64,000 nucleotides of DNA from a virus: IMG/VR virus record IMGVR_UViG_3300007734_000749, positions 2,650 through 66,649 of that record. One strand, written 5' to 3'. Positions 18,093-28,200 of the stretch are shown here, in pieces. The translations under genes and the position numbers were made by a program. The notes below the pieces were generated by a model, which was not told the DNA's origin, made no database searches, and saw nothing but the letters and a program-made list of their open reading frames with translations. The stretch's first letter is position 1. Each line of letters opens with the position of its first letter.

Positions 18093-18434
18093 ATGGGTTC
18101 TTTAGACGAAATAATATTTGGTAAAAAAAGTTTTTCTGATCTTTTAGAAGAAATATATGATAATCAAAAGAAAAAAGAAAAACAGATTTCTGCACTCATC
18201 AGTGAATTAAAACCTCTTGTTAAAGAAATAGGAGATGCTACTTTAATAGTTCCTTTAATTAAGGAATATCTAGAAATAGGAGTTAAAAATGATGAACAAC
18301 TCATCAAAATGGCTACTATTATTCAAAGAGCCCTCCAAAATTCTACTTCTACAGATAGTTTTAGTATATCTGATGAAGAAAAACAACAACTTCTATCTCA
18401 GTTAGACCAACTTAAATCAGAAGGAGATGCTTAA
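18093..18434 (+). CDS. conserved helical hypothetical protein
   Basis: ORF behind late motif. Confidence 0.7.
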   Translation: MGSLDEIIFGKKSFSDLLEEIYDNQKKKEKQISALISELKPLVKEIGDATLIVPLIKEYLEIGVKNDEQLIKMATIIQRALQNSTSTDSFSISDEEKQQLLSQLDQLKSEGDA

Positions 18435-19704
18435 ATTTGGTTTACTTAATTCTATACAACAATCTTCCCCTTCTTCAACTGGTGGAGGTGGAGGTGGTGG
18501 ACTTATTCCTGCTAGAGTTATAGATATTTTTCTTACTCCTGAAAGTATTAAAGAATATTATGATGGTGATTTATATAGAAGTATTAATGAAGAAATTACT
18601 TTAGGTAGTATAATATTTGCTGATTTAAAAGCTCCAATTGGAGATAACAATCAAGGAGGGACCAATGTAGCTAGACCTTTATTTGCTAATATAAAAAACT
18701 TCCCATTAAAAAAAGAAGTTGTATTAATTTTAGCAACTACTACTCACGGTTTAGTAGATACTAATCAACAAACTGCTAGTACTAACGATTTTACTTATTA
18801 TTATATATCTCCAATTAATATTTGGGGAAATCTTAACCATAATGCTCTTCCTGAAGAAATTTTCTTCCCCGAAACCCCACCTTCTCTAAATAAAAACTAC
18901 TCAGATACTGAAAATGGAGACCCAAATCAAGTAAATGATGAATTCCATGATATAGAATTAGGATTATATTTTAAAGAAAAGTCAAATATTCAATCACTAC
19001 AACCTTTTGAAGGAGATATTATATATGAAGGTAGATTTGGAAATTCATTAAGATTTAGTAGTACAGTTTTAGGTTCTGAAAATCCTTGGTCTGAATTTCC
19101 TGAAAATGGAGATCCAATAACTATATTAAGAAATGGATTTTATGATAATGGTAAAGAACCATGGGATACAATAACTGAAGATATAAATAAAGATAAATCT
19201 AGTATTTATTTAACATCAACTCAAAAAATAAATATTGATGTTTCTAGTAAAGAATACTCATCATATGCTGCTGGGACTGAACCTATTGCTCCTAAGGATT
19301 ATACTAAAGAACAAATAATAATTACTTCTAATAGAATCCTTATTAATAGTAAGGATGATCATACTTTACTAAGTGGAGCTAAATCTATTGGTCTTAGCTC
19401 TAAAGGAAGTGTTAATATTGATGCTAAAGATACATTTATAGTAAAATCTCCTAAAATAATTTTAGGTACAAATGATGAATCCCAAGCTTCTCCATTATTG
19501 TTAGGTGATAAAACAATAAATCTTTTATCTAGTCTATTAATAGATATGCAAACCCTCTGTACTCAGTTCTCTATTTTAGCTAGCCTCCCTCCAGGAGTAC
19601 CATTTGTTCCTTTAAATACTGCTGCTATACAAGTTAATACCAATCTTCAAAAATATCAGGGTCAATTGCAATCTTTACTTTCTAAAATTAGCAAAACTAA
19701 ATAA
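18427..19704 (+). CDS. baseplate hub/spike protein (gp5-like)
   Basis: OB-fold-like N-terminus (PL..E.V), EGDIIYEGRFGNSLRF, beta-rich C-terminus; upstream of wedge genes. Confidence 0.55.
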   Translation: MLKFGLLNSIQQSSPSSTGGGGGGGLIPARVIDIFLTPESIKEYYDGDLYRSINEEITLGSIIFADLKAPIGDNNQGGTNVARPLFANIKNFPLKKEVVLILATTTHGLVDTNQQTASTNDFTYYYISPINIWGNLNHNALPEEIFFPETPPSLNKNYSDTENGDPNQVNDEFHDIELGLYFKEKSNIQSLQPFEGDIIYEGRFGNSLRFSSTVLGSENPWSEFPENGDPITILRNGFYDNGKEPWDTITEDINKDKSSIYLTSTQKINIDVSSKEYSSYAAGTEPIAPKDYTKEQIIITSNRILINSKDDHTLLSGAKSIGLSSKGSVNIDAKDTFIVKSPKIILGTNDESQASPLLLGDKTINLLSSLLIDMQTLCTQFSILASLPPGVPFVPLNTAAIQVNTNLQKYQGQLQSLLSKISKTK

Positions 19705-19706
19705 TT

Positions 19707-21014
19707 ATGGCTGAAGATTTAAAAAAAATTGTAGGAGAAAAAGTTTTAAAAGCTCAAGAAGCAGCAGCTAAAGCAGCTGAAGTCGCAGCTAAAATTGAAG
19801 CTGCAAAGGCTAAAGCCGCTGCTGTTGCCGCGGCTGCTTTAAAAGCTAAAGAAACTGTTGCTAAAATTAAAGCCGCTAAACAACAAGCAAAATCCCAAGG
19901 TTTAAAATCCAGCATACCACCAGGTTTAGGAGGATTAATAGTATCAGTTTTAAAACAAGTAATTGTTTCTTTAAATTTACAAGAAAAAGCTATAAATAGA
20001 ATTATTGCTGATTTAGAAGAATCCTGTCCTAATAAAGAAAAATTACAAGAACTTATAGAAAAAAAGAATAAGGTCCAAGAAGTTTTAACAGAAGTAACTC
20101 AAGCTATTTCTAGTGTTAACAAAACTGGGGCTACAATATCTACCATATTAGGGGTTTTAGATACTGTAATAACAGTCCTTAAACTCCTCCCCTTCCCAGT
20201 GGCTATTCCTCCAGGTATAGGTGTTCCTGCAAATATTATTACTTTAATTGGAGATGGTATTAGAACAGCAGATAAAGAACTTGATAAATTAAAAGGTATT
20301 GTAGATGGTATAGTAGGAGGTATTGGAGTTATAAAATCTACCGTAGAAAGTTTATTAGAATATGTAAGTTTATTAGACCAAGCTATTGAATTGTGTGCTT
20401 CAAAAATTGCAGTTGAAGAAGCAAATTCCCCAGAAGAAGCCCAAGCTATAATTTCTGAATTTGTCAATAAGATAAATTCATTTAGTTTCCCATCTCTAGA
20501 TACCTCAATACTTCCTCCAGTAATAGGAGCAGCAAGAATTGCTTCTACAGATATAAATGGAGGAGTAAATGGACTTGAAATTTTAAATAAAGGTGCTAAT
20601 TATAATCCTTCAAAATTACTTTCTCTTACTAAAGGAAATAATTCTTCATCATTAATTAAAATTACTGTTGATAATAAAGGATCTATAAAAGGATTTTCTA
20701 TTTCAACTGCTGGTAATAATTATAGCGTTGGTGATATAGTATCTATAAATCCTACAAATACCTCTATTTCCCCAATAGAAATATCACTACCAATAATGTA
20801 TAAAGGATTTGAAATTAATATAGAAAATAATCCTATAGAAACTCTTTCTACTATACCTAGAAGAAGACCTATTGCTTTTAATCCTACTACTAATATAGAA
20901 ATTATTGGGGATTATTCATTTAGTTCTAATGCTCAAATATTAATTGATACTATGAAATTTGCTATTGATGATTATTTAAACGACTTTACACCATCATCAA
21001 ACAATCCACAATAA
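19707..21014 (+). CDS. structural/baseplate-associated protein
   Basis: A/K-rich N-terminus, coiled coil, PPGIGVP hydrophobic hairpin; baseplate context. Confidence 0.45.
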   Translation: MAEDLKKIVGEKVLKAQEAAAKAAEVAAKIEAAKAKAAAVAAAALKAKETVAKIKAAKQQAKSQGLKSSIPPGLGGLIVSVLKQVIVSLNLQEKAINRIIADLEESCPNKEKLQELIEKKNKVQEVLTEVTQAISSVNKTGATISTILGVLDTVITVLKLLPFPVAIPPGIGVPANIITLIGDGIRTADKELDKLKGIVDGIVGGIGVIKSTVESLLEYVSLLDQAIELCASKIAVEEANSPEEAQAIISEFVNKINSFSFPSLDTSILPPVIGAARIASTDINGGVNGLEILNKGANYNPSKLLSLTKGNNSSSLIKITVDNKGSIKGFSISTAGNNYSVGDIVSINPTNTSISPIEISLPIMYKGFEINIENNPIETLSTIPRRRPIAFNPTTNIEIIGDYSFSSNAQILIDTMKFAIDDYLNDFTPSSNNPQ

Positions 21015-21042
21015 AAATTTATTAATAAAATATTTATAACCG

Positions 21043-21393
21043 ATGAAAACCGATATTTTAAAAAAATTAATTAAAGAAGCAGTACGAGAAGCTATTCAAG
21101 ATGAATTAAAAGACATACTTCTTGAAGCAGTACGTGCTCCTAAAACTGTAGTTTCTGAGAATACTAATCCTTTAGCTTTTAATATAAAAACTACATCAAA
21201 TAATCTCAACCCAGATATTAAACGTAATTTAAGAACCATGATTGGAGGAGAATTTGATACTATGGTTACAGCTAATTCATCACATGTCCAACCAACTTAT
21301 ACCCCACCTCCTATTAATACTGCGGGTGAAGGTTCTTCCCTCCCAGCAGGCGAAGTAAATCTAGATCAAATTCTAGGATTAATGAATAGATAA
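21043..21393 (+). CDS. hypothetical protein with LKKLIKE leader (candidate head-associated)
   Basis: MKTDILKKLIKEAVREAIQDELKDILLEA; late motif upstream. Confidence 0.6.
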   Translation: MKTDILKKLIKEAVREAIQDELKDILLEAVRAPKTVVSENTNPLAFNIKTTSNNLNPDIKRNLRTMIGGEFDTMVTANSSHVQPTYTPPPINTAGEGSSLPAGEVNLDQILGLMNR

Positions 21394-21794
21394 TGGCTAT
21401 TATTATACAAAATAAATTTGCTTTAGATTCTTTAGGATATAAAACTATAGGATTTGCTTTTCCTATTAGTTCTGGGGGAGTATTTCCTCCTACGTACACT
21501 GTAAAGGAACAACTTAGATATAATCTAATAAATTATCTAATGACCAACCCTGGAGAATCATACCTCAACCCAGATTTTGGAGCAGGATTACCCAAATTTA
21601 TTTTTGAACAAATTAATACTCAAAATCTTGAATCTATTAAAACTATAATTCAAAATAAAATTACTGTTGCTTTTCCTAGTATTAAAGTACAACAAGTAGA
21701 TGTTTATGGAAATGAAAATTATAGTCAAATAAGAATAGTTATTACGTATAATATTTTAAATTTTGGTAATGACCAAATAACTTTACAATTTTAA
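21393..21794 (+). CDS. baseplate wedge protein, gp25-like
   Basis: NLINYLMTNPGE...PDFGAGL...FE motif. Confidence 0.85.
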   Translation: MAIIIQNKFALDSLGYKTIGFAFPISSGGVFPPTYTVKEQLRYNLINYLMTNPGESYLNPDFGAGLPKFIFEQINTQNLESIKTIIQNKITVAFPSIKVQQVDVYGNENYSQIRIVITYNILNFGNDQITLQF

Positions 21795-21800
21795 TTTATA

Positions 21801-23666
21801 ATGGCATCTAATACACCTCAAATAAACTATTTTTCTAGAGATTTTGAAACTCTAAAAAACTCATTAGTTAATTACGCTAGAACATATTTTCCTAATACCT
21901 ATAATGATTTTAGCCCCTCATCTACAGGTATGATGTTTATTAATATGGCTGCTTATGTAGGTGATATCTTGTCATTTTATTTAGATAATCAAGTTCAAGA
22001 AACCTTTATACAGTATGCTAAGCAAGAAGAAAATATATATGCTTTAGCTTATCTTTTAGGTTATAAACCAAAAGTAGCCACCCCAGCTGTTACTACTATT
22101 GATTTTTACCAACAACTCCCGGCCATTGCTTCAGGAAGTATTCAAGTCCCTGATTACTCATATGCATTAACTATTCCTCAGGGAACTGTTGTTTCTACTG
22201 CTTTTGGTGTTTCTACTAATTTTAATACTTTAAATAAAGTAGATTTTTCTTTTAGTAGTTCTTTAGATCCTACTGAAATTACTGTTTACACAGTAAGTAA
22301 CGGGGTTCCTACCTACTTTCTAGCTAAAAAATCAGTTCAAGCTGTTGAAGGTACTATTAAAACTAAATCATTTTCATTTGGTGGAGCACAAGAATTTCCT
22401 ACTGTTTTAATTACTGATACTAATATAGTTAATATTCAATCTTGCACTGATACTGGAGGAAATGTTTGGTATGAAGTAGATAATCTTGCTCAAGATTTTA
22501 TATATGATATTAAAGCTAATACATCTACTAATGACCCTAATAGTATTCCCACTGATACATCAGATACACCAAATCTTCTTCAATTAAAAAAAGTAGAACG
22601 TAGATTTGCTACTAGATTTATTAATAATACTACATTAGAAATTCAATTTGGAAATGGTGGAACAAATAATACTACTGAAGAAATTATTCCTAATCCTGAT
22701 AATGTAGGATTAGGACTTACAATTGGACAAAGTAAACTTACAACTGCTTTTTCTCCTACTAATTTTATATTTTCAAACACATACGGTATATCTCCATCTA
22801 ATACTATTTTAAACTTTAGATATTTAACCTCAAACGGCACTTCAGGAAATGTATCCGTAAATTCTCTTACTCAATTTAGTAAAGCTTCTCTCACATTTAA
22901 AACCATAGGATTAGACTCATCTCTATCCAACATAATAGTTAATTCAGTTACAGCTACTAACCCATCTGCAGCTTCTGGGGGAGGAGATGGTGATACATTA
23001 AATGAAATAAAACAAAATTCTTTAGGTAATTTTCAATCTCAACTTAGAGCTGTTACACCTGAAGATTATATTATTAGAGCCTACAGCCTTCCTGCTGAAT
23101 TAGGGACTATATCTAAAGCTTTTGTAACATCTGAAAAATTAACTACTTTACAACAAGGAGAAACTCCTTCTATATTAAATTTATATATTTTAAGTAAAAA
23201 TAGACAAGGTAATTTTACTATTGCTAATGATAGTTTAAAAAGAAATCTTAAAACATACTTATCGCAATATAGAAGTATTAGTGATACTATTAAAATTAAA
23301 GATGCATTTATTATTAATATAGGAATTAATTTTGATATAGTAGTTAGACCTAATAGTGTAGGAGATACTGTTTTAGCTTCATGTATAAATACTTTAAATA
23401 AAATATTTTTTAATGATAATTGGCAAATTAATCAACCTATTCTTTTAGGAGATATATATAGTGCTTTAGATGCAATAGAAGGAGTCCAAACAGTTAAAAA
23501 TGTACAAATAGTAAATTTAACCTCAAATGATGGGGATTATAGTCAATACGCATATGATACTCAAGGAGCTACTATTAATAGAATTGTTTACCCATCAGTA
23601 GATCCTATGATTTTTGAAGTTAAATATCCTAATATTGATATAAAAGGAAGAATAGTTCCATATTAA
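21801..23666 (+). CDS. baseplate wedge protein, gp6/BplJ-like
   Basis: RDFETLK...YNDF...AYVGDILSFYLD; ASGGGD...Q.RAVT..DY motifs. Confidence 0.85.
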   Translation: MASNTPQINYFSRDFETLKNSLVNYARTYFPNTYNDFSPSSTGMMFINMAAYVGDILSFYLDNQVQETFIQYAKQEENIYALAYLLGYKPKVATPAVTTIDFYQQLPAIASGSIQVPDYSYALTIPQGTVVSTAFGVSTNFNTLNKVDFSFSSSLDPTEITVYTVSNGVPTYFLAKKSVQAVEGTIKTKSFSFGGAQEFPTVLITDTNIVNIQSCTDTGGNVWYEVDNLAQDFIYDIKANTSTNDPNSIPTDTSDTPNLLQLKKVERRFATRFINNTTLEIQFGNGGTNNTTEEIIPNPDNVGLGLTIGQSKLTTAFSPTNFIFSNTYGISPSNTILNFRYLTSNGTSGNVSVNSLTQFSKASLTFKTIGLDSSLSNIIVNSVTATNPSAASGGGDGDTLNEIKQNSLGNFQSQLRAVTPEDYIIRAYSLPAELGTISKAFVTSEKLTTLQQGETPSILNLYILSKNRQGNFTIANDSLKRNLKTYLSQYRSISDTIKIKDAFIINIGINFDIVVRPNSVGDTVLASCINTLNKIFFNDNWQINQPILLGDIYSALDAIEGVQTVKNVQIVNLTSNDGDYSQYAYDTQGATINRIVYPSVDPMIFEVKYPNIDIKGRIVPY

Positions 23667-23683
23667 TAAAAAAATAACTACCA

Positions 23684-24817
23684 ATGGCAATATATAAAAT
23701 ATTCCCCACTAAAGATACAACCATTTATTCCGCATACCCTAACCTTAATACAGGTCTGGACTCTCTTTTAGAAACATCTACCACTACAGTAGCACAATCT
23801 GGGTTTAATCCTCAAGTATCAAGAACTCTCATTCAATTTGATACTACTGAAATGAATAATATTGTAACCAATACAATCTCAGGAAGTTCATTTTTGGTAT
23901 ATTTAAAACTATTTCAAGCCCAAATTTTTGGACTTTATGGTGATTCATCTGTTGAAGTTTACCCTATATATAACTCTTGGAATATGGGTACTGGAAAATA
24001 CCCAGATAATCCTATAACTACTAATGGAGCTAGTTGGACTTGGTCAGATCTTTCAGGCTCAACAGCATGGACAACAGGAGGATTTCCTAGTTATGTTACT
24101 GCTTCATTTCCTTCAACTAATGCTGGTGGTGGGACTTGGTATACTGGATCTTCCAATAGTACTGTATTACCAATATATTCAACTCAAAGTTTCTCTTATT
24201 ATTCTAATTTAGATTTAGAATTAAATGTTACTAATATAGTAAAAGCATGGAATAGTGGAAGTATCAATAATAATGGTTTTATATTAAAACAACCTACATC
24301 TAAAGAATTTTTAGATAATAATCAATCTCAAACTGAATTAAAATATTACTCTCGAGATACTAATACTATTTATCCTCCTATTTTAGAATTTCGTTGGAGA
24401 GATTATAATTTTAATACTGGATCTTCTACTAATACTATTATTAATACTGATCAATTGTCTATTAGTAATCCAAATAATTTAAAAGCATTTTATAGTGGAA
24501 GTATCCAACGTTTTAGATTAAATGTGAGACCTCAATATCCTATTAGAGTATTCCAAACTTCTTCTTTATATACTACTAATTATTATTTGCCAACTTCTTC
24601 TTATTATGCTATTAAAGATTTACAAACCAATGAATATGTAATTAATTTTGACTCAAACTACACCCAAATAAGTGCAGATGATCAAAGTAATTATTTTGAT
24701 ATTTATATGAGTGGTCTTCAACCTGAAAGATATTATACTGTATTAGTTAAAACTACTATAAATGGTTCTACTATAATATATGATCAAAACATTAACTTTA
24801 AAGTTATTAATGGGTAA
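23684..24817 (+). CDS. virion structural protein (beta-rich, DNRLRE-like)
   Basis: KDTTIYS...NTG, NNGFILK, YSRDT.TIYPP.LE motifs. Confidence 0.55.
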   Translation: MAIYKIFPTKDTTIYSAYPNLNTGLDSLLETSTTTVAQSGFNPQVSRTLIQFDTTEMNNIVTNTISGSSFLVYLKLFQAQIFGLYGDSSVEVYPIYNSWNMGTGKYPDNPITTNGASWTWSDLSGSTAWTTGGFPSYVTASFPSTNAGGGTWYTGSSNSTVLPIYSTQSFSYYSNLDLELNVTNIVKAWNSGSINNNGFILKQPTSKEFLDNNQSQTELKYYSRDTNTIYPPILEFRWRDYNFNTGSSTNTIINTDQLSISNPNNLKAFYSGSIQRFRLNVRPQYPIRVFQTSSLYTTNYYLPTSSYYAIKDLQTNEYVINFDSNYTQISADDQSNYFDIYMSGLQPERYYTVLVKTTINGSTIIYDQNINFKVING

Positions 24818-25212
24818 TGGAAAATATAATTTTAAATAAACAAGTATTTGAAAAAACTCAATTTTTAAATACTGTAAATACTACTTTCACACAACTCACT
24901 AGTTCTCAAGCTATTCCTACGGGACCTGCTATGGTTGAAGCTACAGTAGATGGTTTTTTTACTTTATATGAAGATTTATTTTTTGATATACCTAAATTTG
25001 GAGACTTAAATTCTCATCAATATCTTGTTTCTACTAGTGATAACTATATTGGAGGTGCTAGTGTTAATGATAGTATACAAGTTTTATTAGATGAAATTGC
25101 TAATTTAAGAACAGCATTATTAGATGCTAATAGAACTATTACTGATCTTCAAATCCAAGTAGGTATAAGCCAACAAGGAATAAACCCAAACTTATTTTTA
25201 TCAAATGGATAA
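24817..25212 (+). CDS. virion structural protein
   Basis: Coupled to neighbours in baseplate operon. Confidence 0.55.
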   Translation: MENIILNKQVFEKTQFLNTVNTTFTQLTSSQAIPTGPAMVEATVDGFFTLYEDLFFDIPKFGDLNSHQYLVSTSDNYIGGASVNDSIQVLLDEIANLRTALLDANRTITDLQIQVGISQQGINPNLFLSNG

Positions 25213-25237
25213 AAAAACATTTTAATTTTATCACTCA

Positions 25238-28200
25238 ATGAATCTATACCCATCAGCATCTATAGAAATATTAGATCCTAAAACATTAAATGCTCCTGTA
25301 TTTACTGATAAAGATTTTGCTGTTATACCTAATTTTATATTTACTGGATCTTTTGATCCTGTAGAAAACAGAGTAGAATTTTTTGTTTATTCTGAAGATA
25401 ATACTTTACTATATTCTGATAGTAATTTTAATGATTGGTCTAATGTTTTAGATCCATTGTTGATTTCTCAAGGAATTTCAACTCTTAATATAGATCCTAT
25501 AAAAAATGTAGCTGATGTAGGAATTACTGAAGGAAAAGTTAAAGTATTATATAACTTTATTTCTGATGAATTAGGTTCTTCTCAAGATAATCCATTTTTT
25601 CTTAAGGAAATTTCTGGTGATAGAACCGAACTAAGACTCCAAACAAATTTTACTTCAGACAGTACTCTTCAAGTTTTATTTGATGAATTTAAAACTAGAA
25701 TTTCTTCAGAAGATTATTTTGATGAATTTTATTTAAGTTTTGGAGAAAATAGATATACTATAGGTACTAATATATTATTAGAGAATAATAATGGTTTAAT
25801 TACTTTATTAGTCAAATTATATGAACCTTTATCTCCTATATATTCATTACAAGATATAGTATGGATTACTACTAAAGTTGGAGAATCATCTGCTTACAAA
25901 ATTGATTTCCCCATTGTTCCTTTAGTTGTAGATAATTTAGTTTACTTAAAAGGCCCTAATATAAGTTTAGATTTAAATGATCAAACTTCTCTTACTACCC
26001 CATATAGAAACTATTTAACATTACTATCTTCTTCTCTCACCAGCTCATATCAACATATACAAAATCTACTCCAACAAAATGGAGTCCAACTTACCCCAGA
26101 TTACACTGATTTTTCAAATTTTATTTTCTTTTCATCTGCATATAGAAGAATTTCTAATTTTTATACTAAAGTATCTCAAATTGAATCATATACTAATGAT
26201 TTAGCTATTACTAATTCTATTACTGGATCTGCGTCTCAATCTTTTTCTGTATCTGCTAGTAGAGCTACCATACAAAATCAAATAGATGAAATTATAACTA
26301 ATTTTGATGGGTATGAAAAATATCTTTATTTTGAATCAAGTTCATACACATATCCAAAATCAAACTCAACCTATCCTTACACATTATACTCCACAGGTAG
26401 CACGCAAACTTTAACATGGTTAGGAAGTTATATAGAAACAGATACATACTATGGAGGACAACTATATTCTGCTTCTATCTATGATCTAGAGAATCCTAAT
26501 AATCTATATCAATCTATACCTGAATTTTTAAAAAATGATCCATTAAATACCCCTTATTTTCTTTTTATAGAAATGATGGGTCAATTTTTTGATAATGCAT
26601 GGGCATATACTGATGCTATATCAGATAAATTAAAAGCAGATAATAGAATAAATTATGGTGTATCTAAAGATTTAGTTTCCACTGTATTGCAATCTTTTGG
26701 CCATAAAATCTACACCAACCAATTTACAGCTAATGATTTATATACTTCATTATTAGGTATTACTCCTCAAGGTAATCTCCAATTATTTCCTAATACTACT
26801 AGTAGTCTCCCTATAATCAATTCTGGTATAGAATATATTAAAACGTATGTTACTGCATCTCTCCAATCTGGGTCTCGTATTCCATTAGGTGAAGCTAATG
26901 AGCGTTTATATAAAAGAATATATCATAATTTACCATATTTAGTTAAAAAGAAAGGTACATTAGAAGCACTAAAACTTATTAGAAATATATATGGTATTCC
27001 AAGTACTATTTTAAGATTCAATGAATTTGGAGGAAGAGATGCACAATCTACTAAATATGATTATTTTAATGATAAATTTAATTATGCTTTTGGTACTAAT
27101 AAAAGTGCATCCATTATTATACCTTGGAATACATTAAATAGAGAATTCGGACAAATTGCTCCTCCATGTATCCAGTTTAGATTCAAAACAGCAGGAATAC
27201 CTTCTGGAAGTTTATCTCAGTCTTTATTTATAAAAACATCATCCCCATCTTCTAATTCTACTGATTTTAAAACTAAATGGGACATGGGGTTATTCCTATT
27301 TTATACAGGCTCTGGTCTTACCTCAGGCTCATATTCAGGATCAGTTGTAGATCCATATAATCAATACGGTACCCTAAGATTTTATATTTCAGGATCTTCT
27401 GCAGGAGGAGGTATTACTACTTATAAATCATCATCAGATATATATCTTCCATTTTTTGATGGAGGATGGTGGAATGTAATGTTACAACGAAATACAGTAT
27501 CTGATAATCCTGCAACTACAATCACATATTCATTATATGCTGCTAATAAAATATATGATGAAAATGAAGGATATACTTTAGGATATATAGGATCAGCCTC
27601 ATTTACTAATAATGAACAACGTGTCAATGAAGCTTGGTCTAATTCCTCATCATATGTTATTGCTGACTGGACTGCAAACTTCCCCCCAGGGATATATTTG
27701 GGAGGATTTATTTCAGGTTCTTTAGGAAGAGGGGGAGATATAATTACAAAACCTAGAAATTTATTTACAGGCTCATTTCAAGAATTTAGATATTATGCTT
27801 CCCCTTTATCTACATCTTCTTTTTATGATTATGTAATGAATCCCCAATCTATAAATGCATACACTACTTCAGGCTCAGTACTAGTTAGTGGATCAAGTTA
27901 TAGAACATTAGCATTTAGAGCAGATTTAGGAAGTGAATTAACTACTTTTCCACTTGTTGGCACTTCAGATTATAATGATTCCTCAAATCTTTTTAGTATT
28001 CATCCTGCTAAATCAGGATCTTTTCCTACATCTTCATTTAGTTCTTCATATTTAGCCCAATCTTTTTATAAAATTCAATACTTTAATACAAACATATTTG
28101 CTATAGTTCCTTCTATTTTTAGCTCTTCCTTTATTAAAGATAATATAGAAACCTACTATTATGCTATCCCTTCAACCGGAACTAAAACCAAAACCTCAGA

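Noticed and set aside
18093-18434. Terminase small subunit
   Set aside because: Size and helicity fit, but no diagnostic motif and it is far from terL; left as hypothetical
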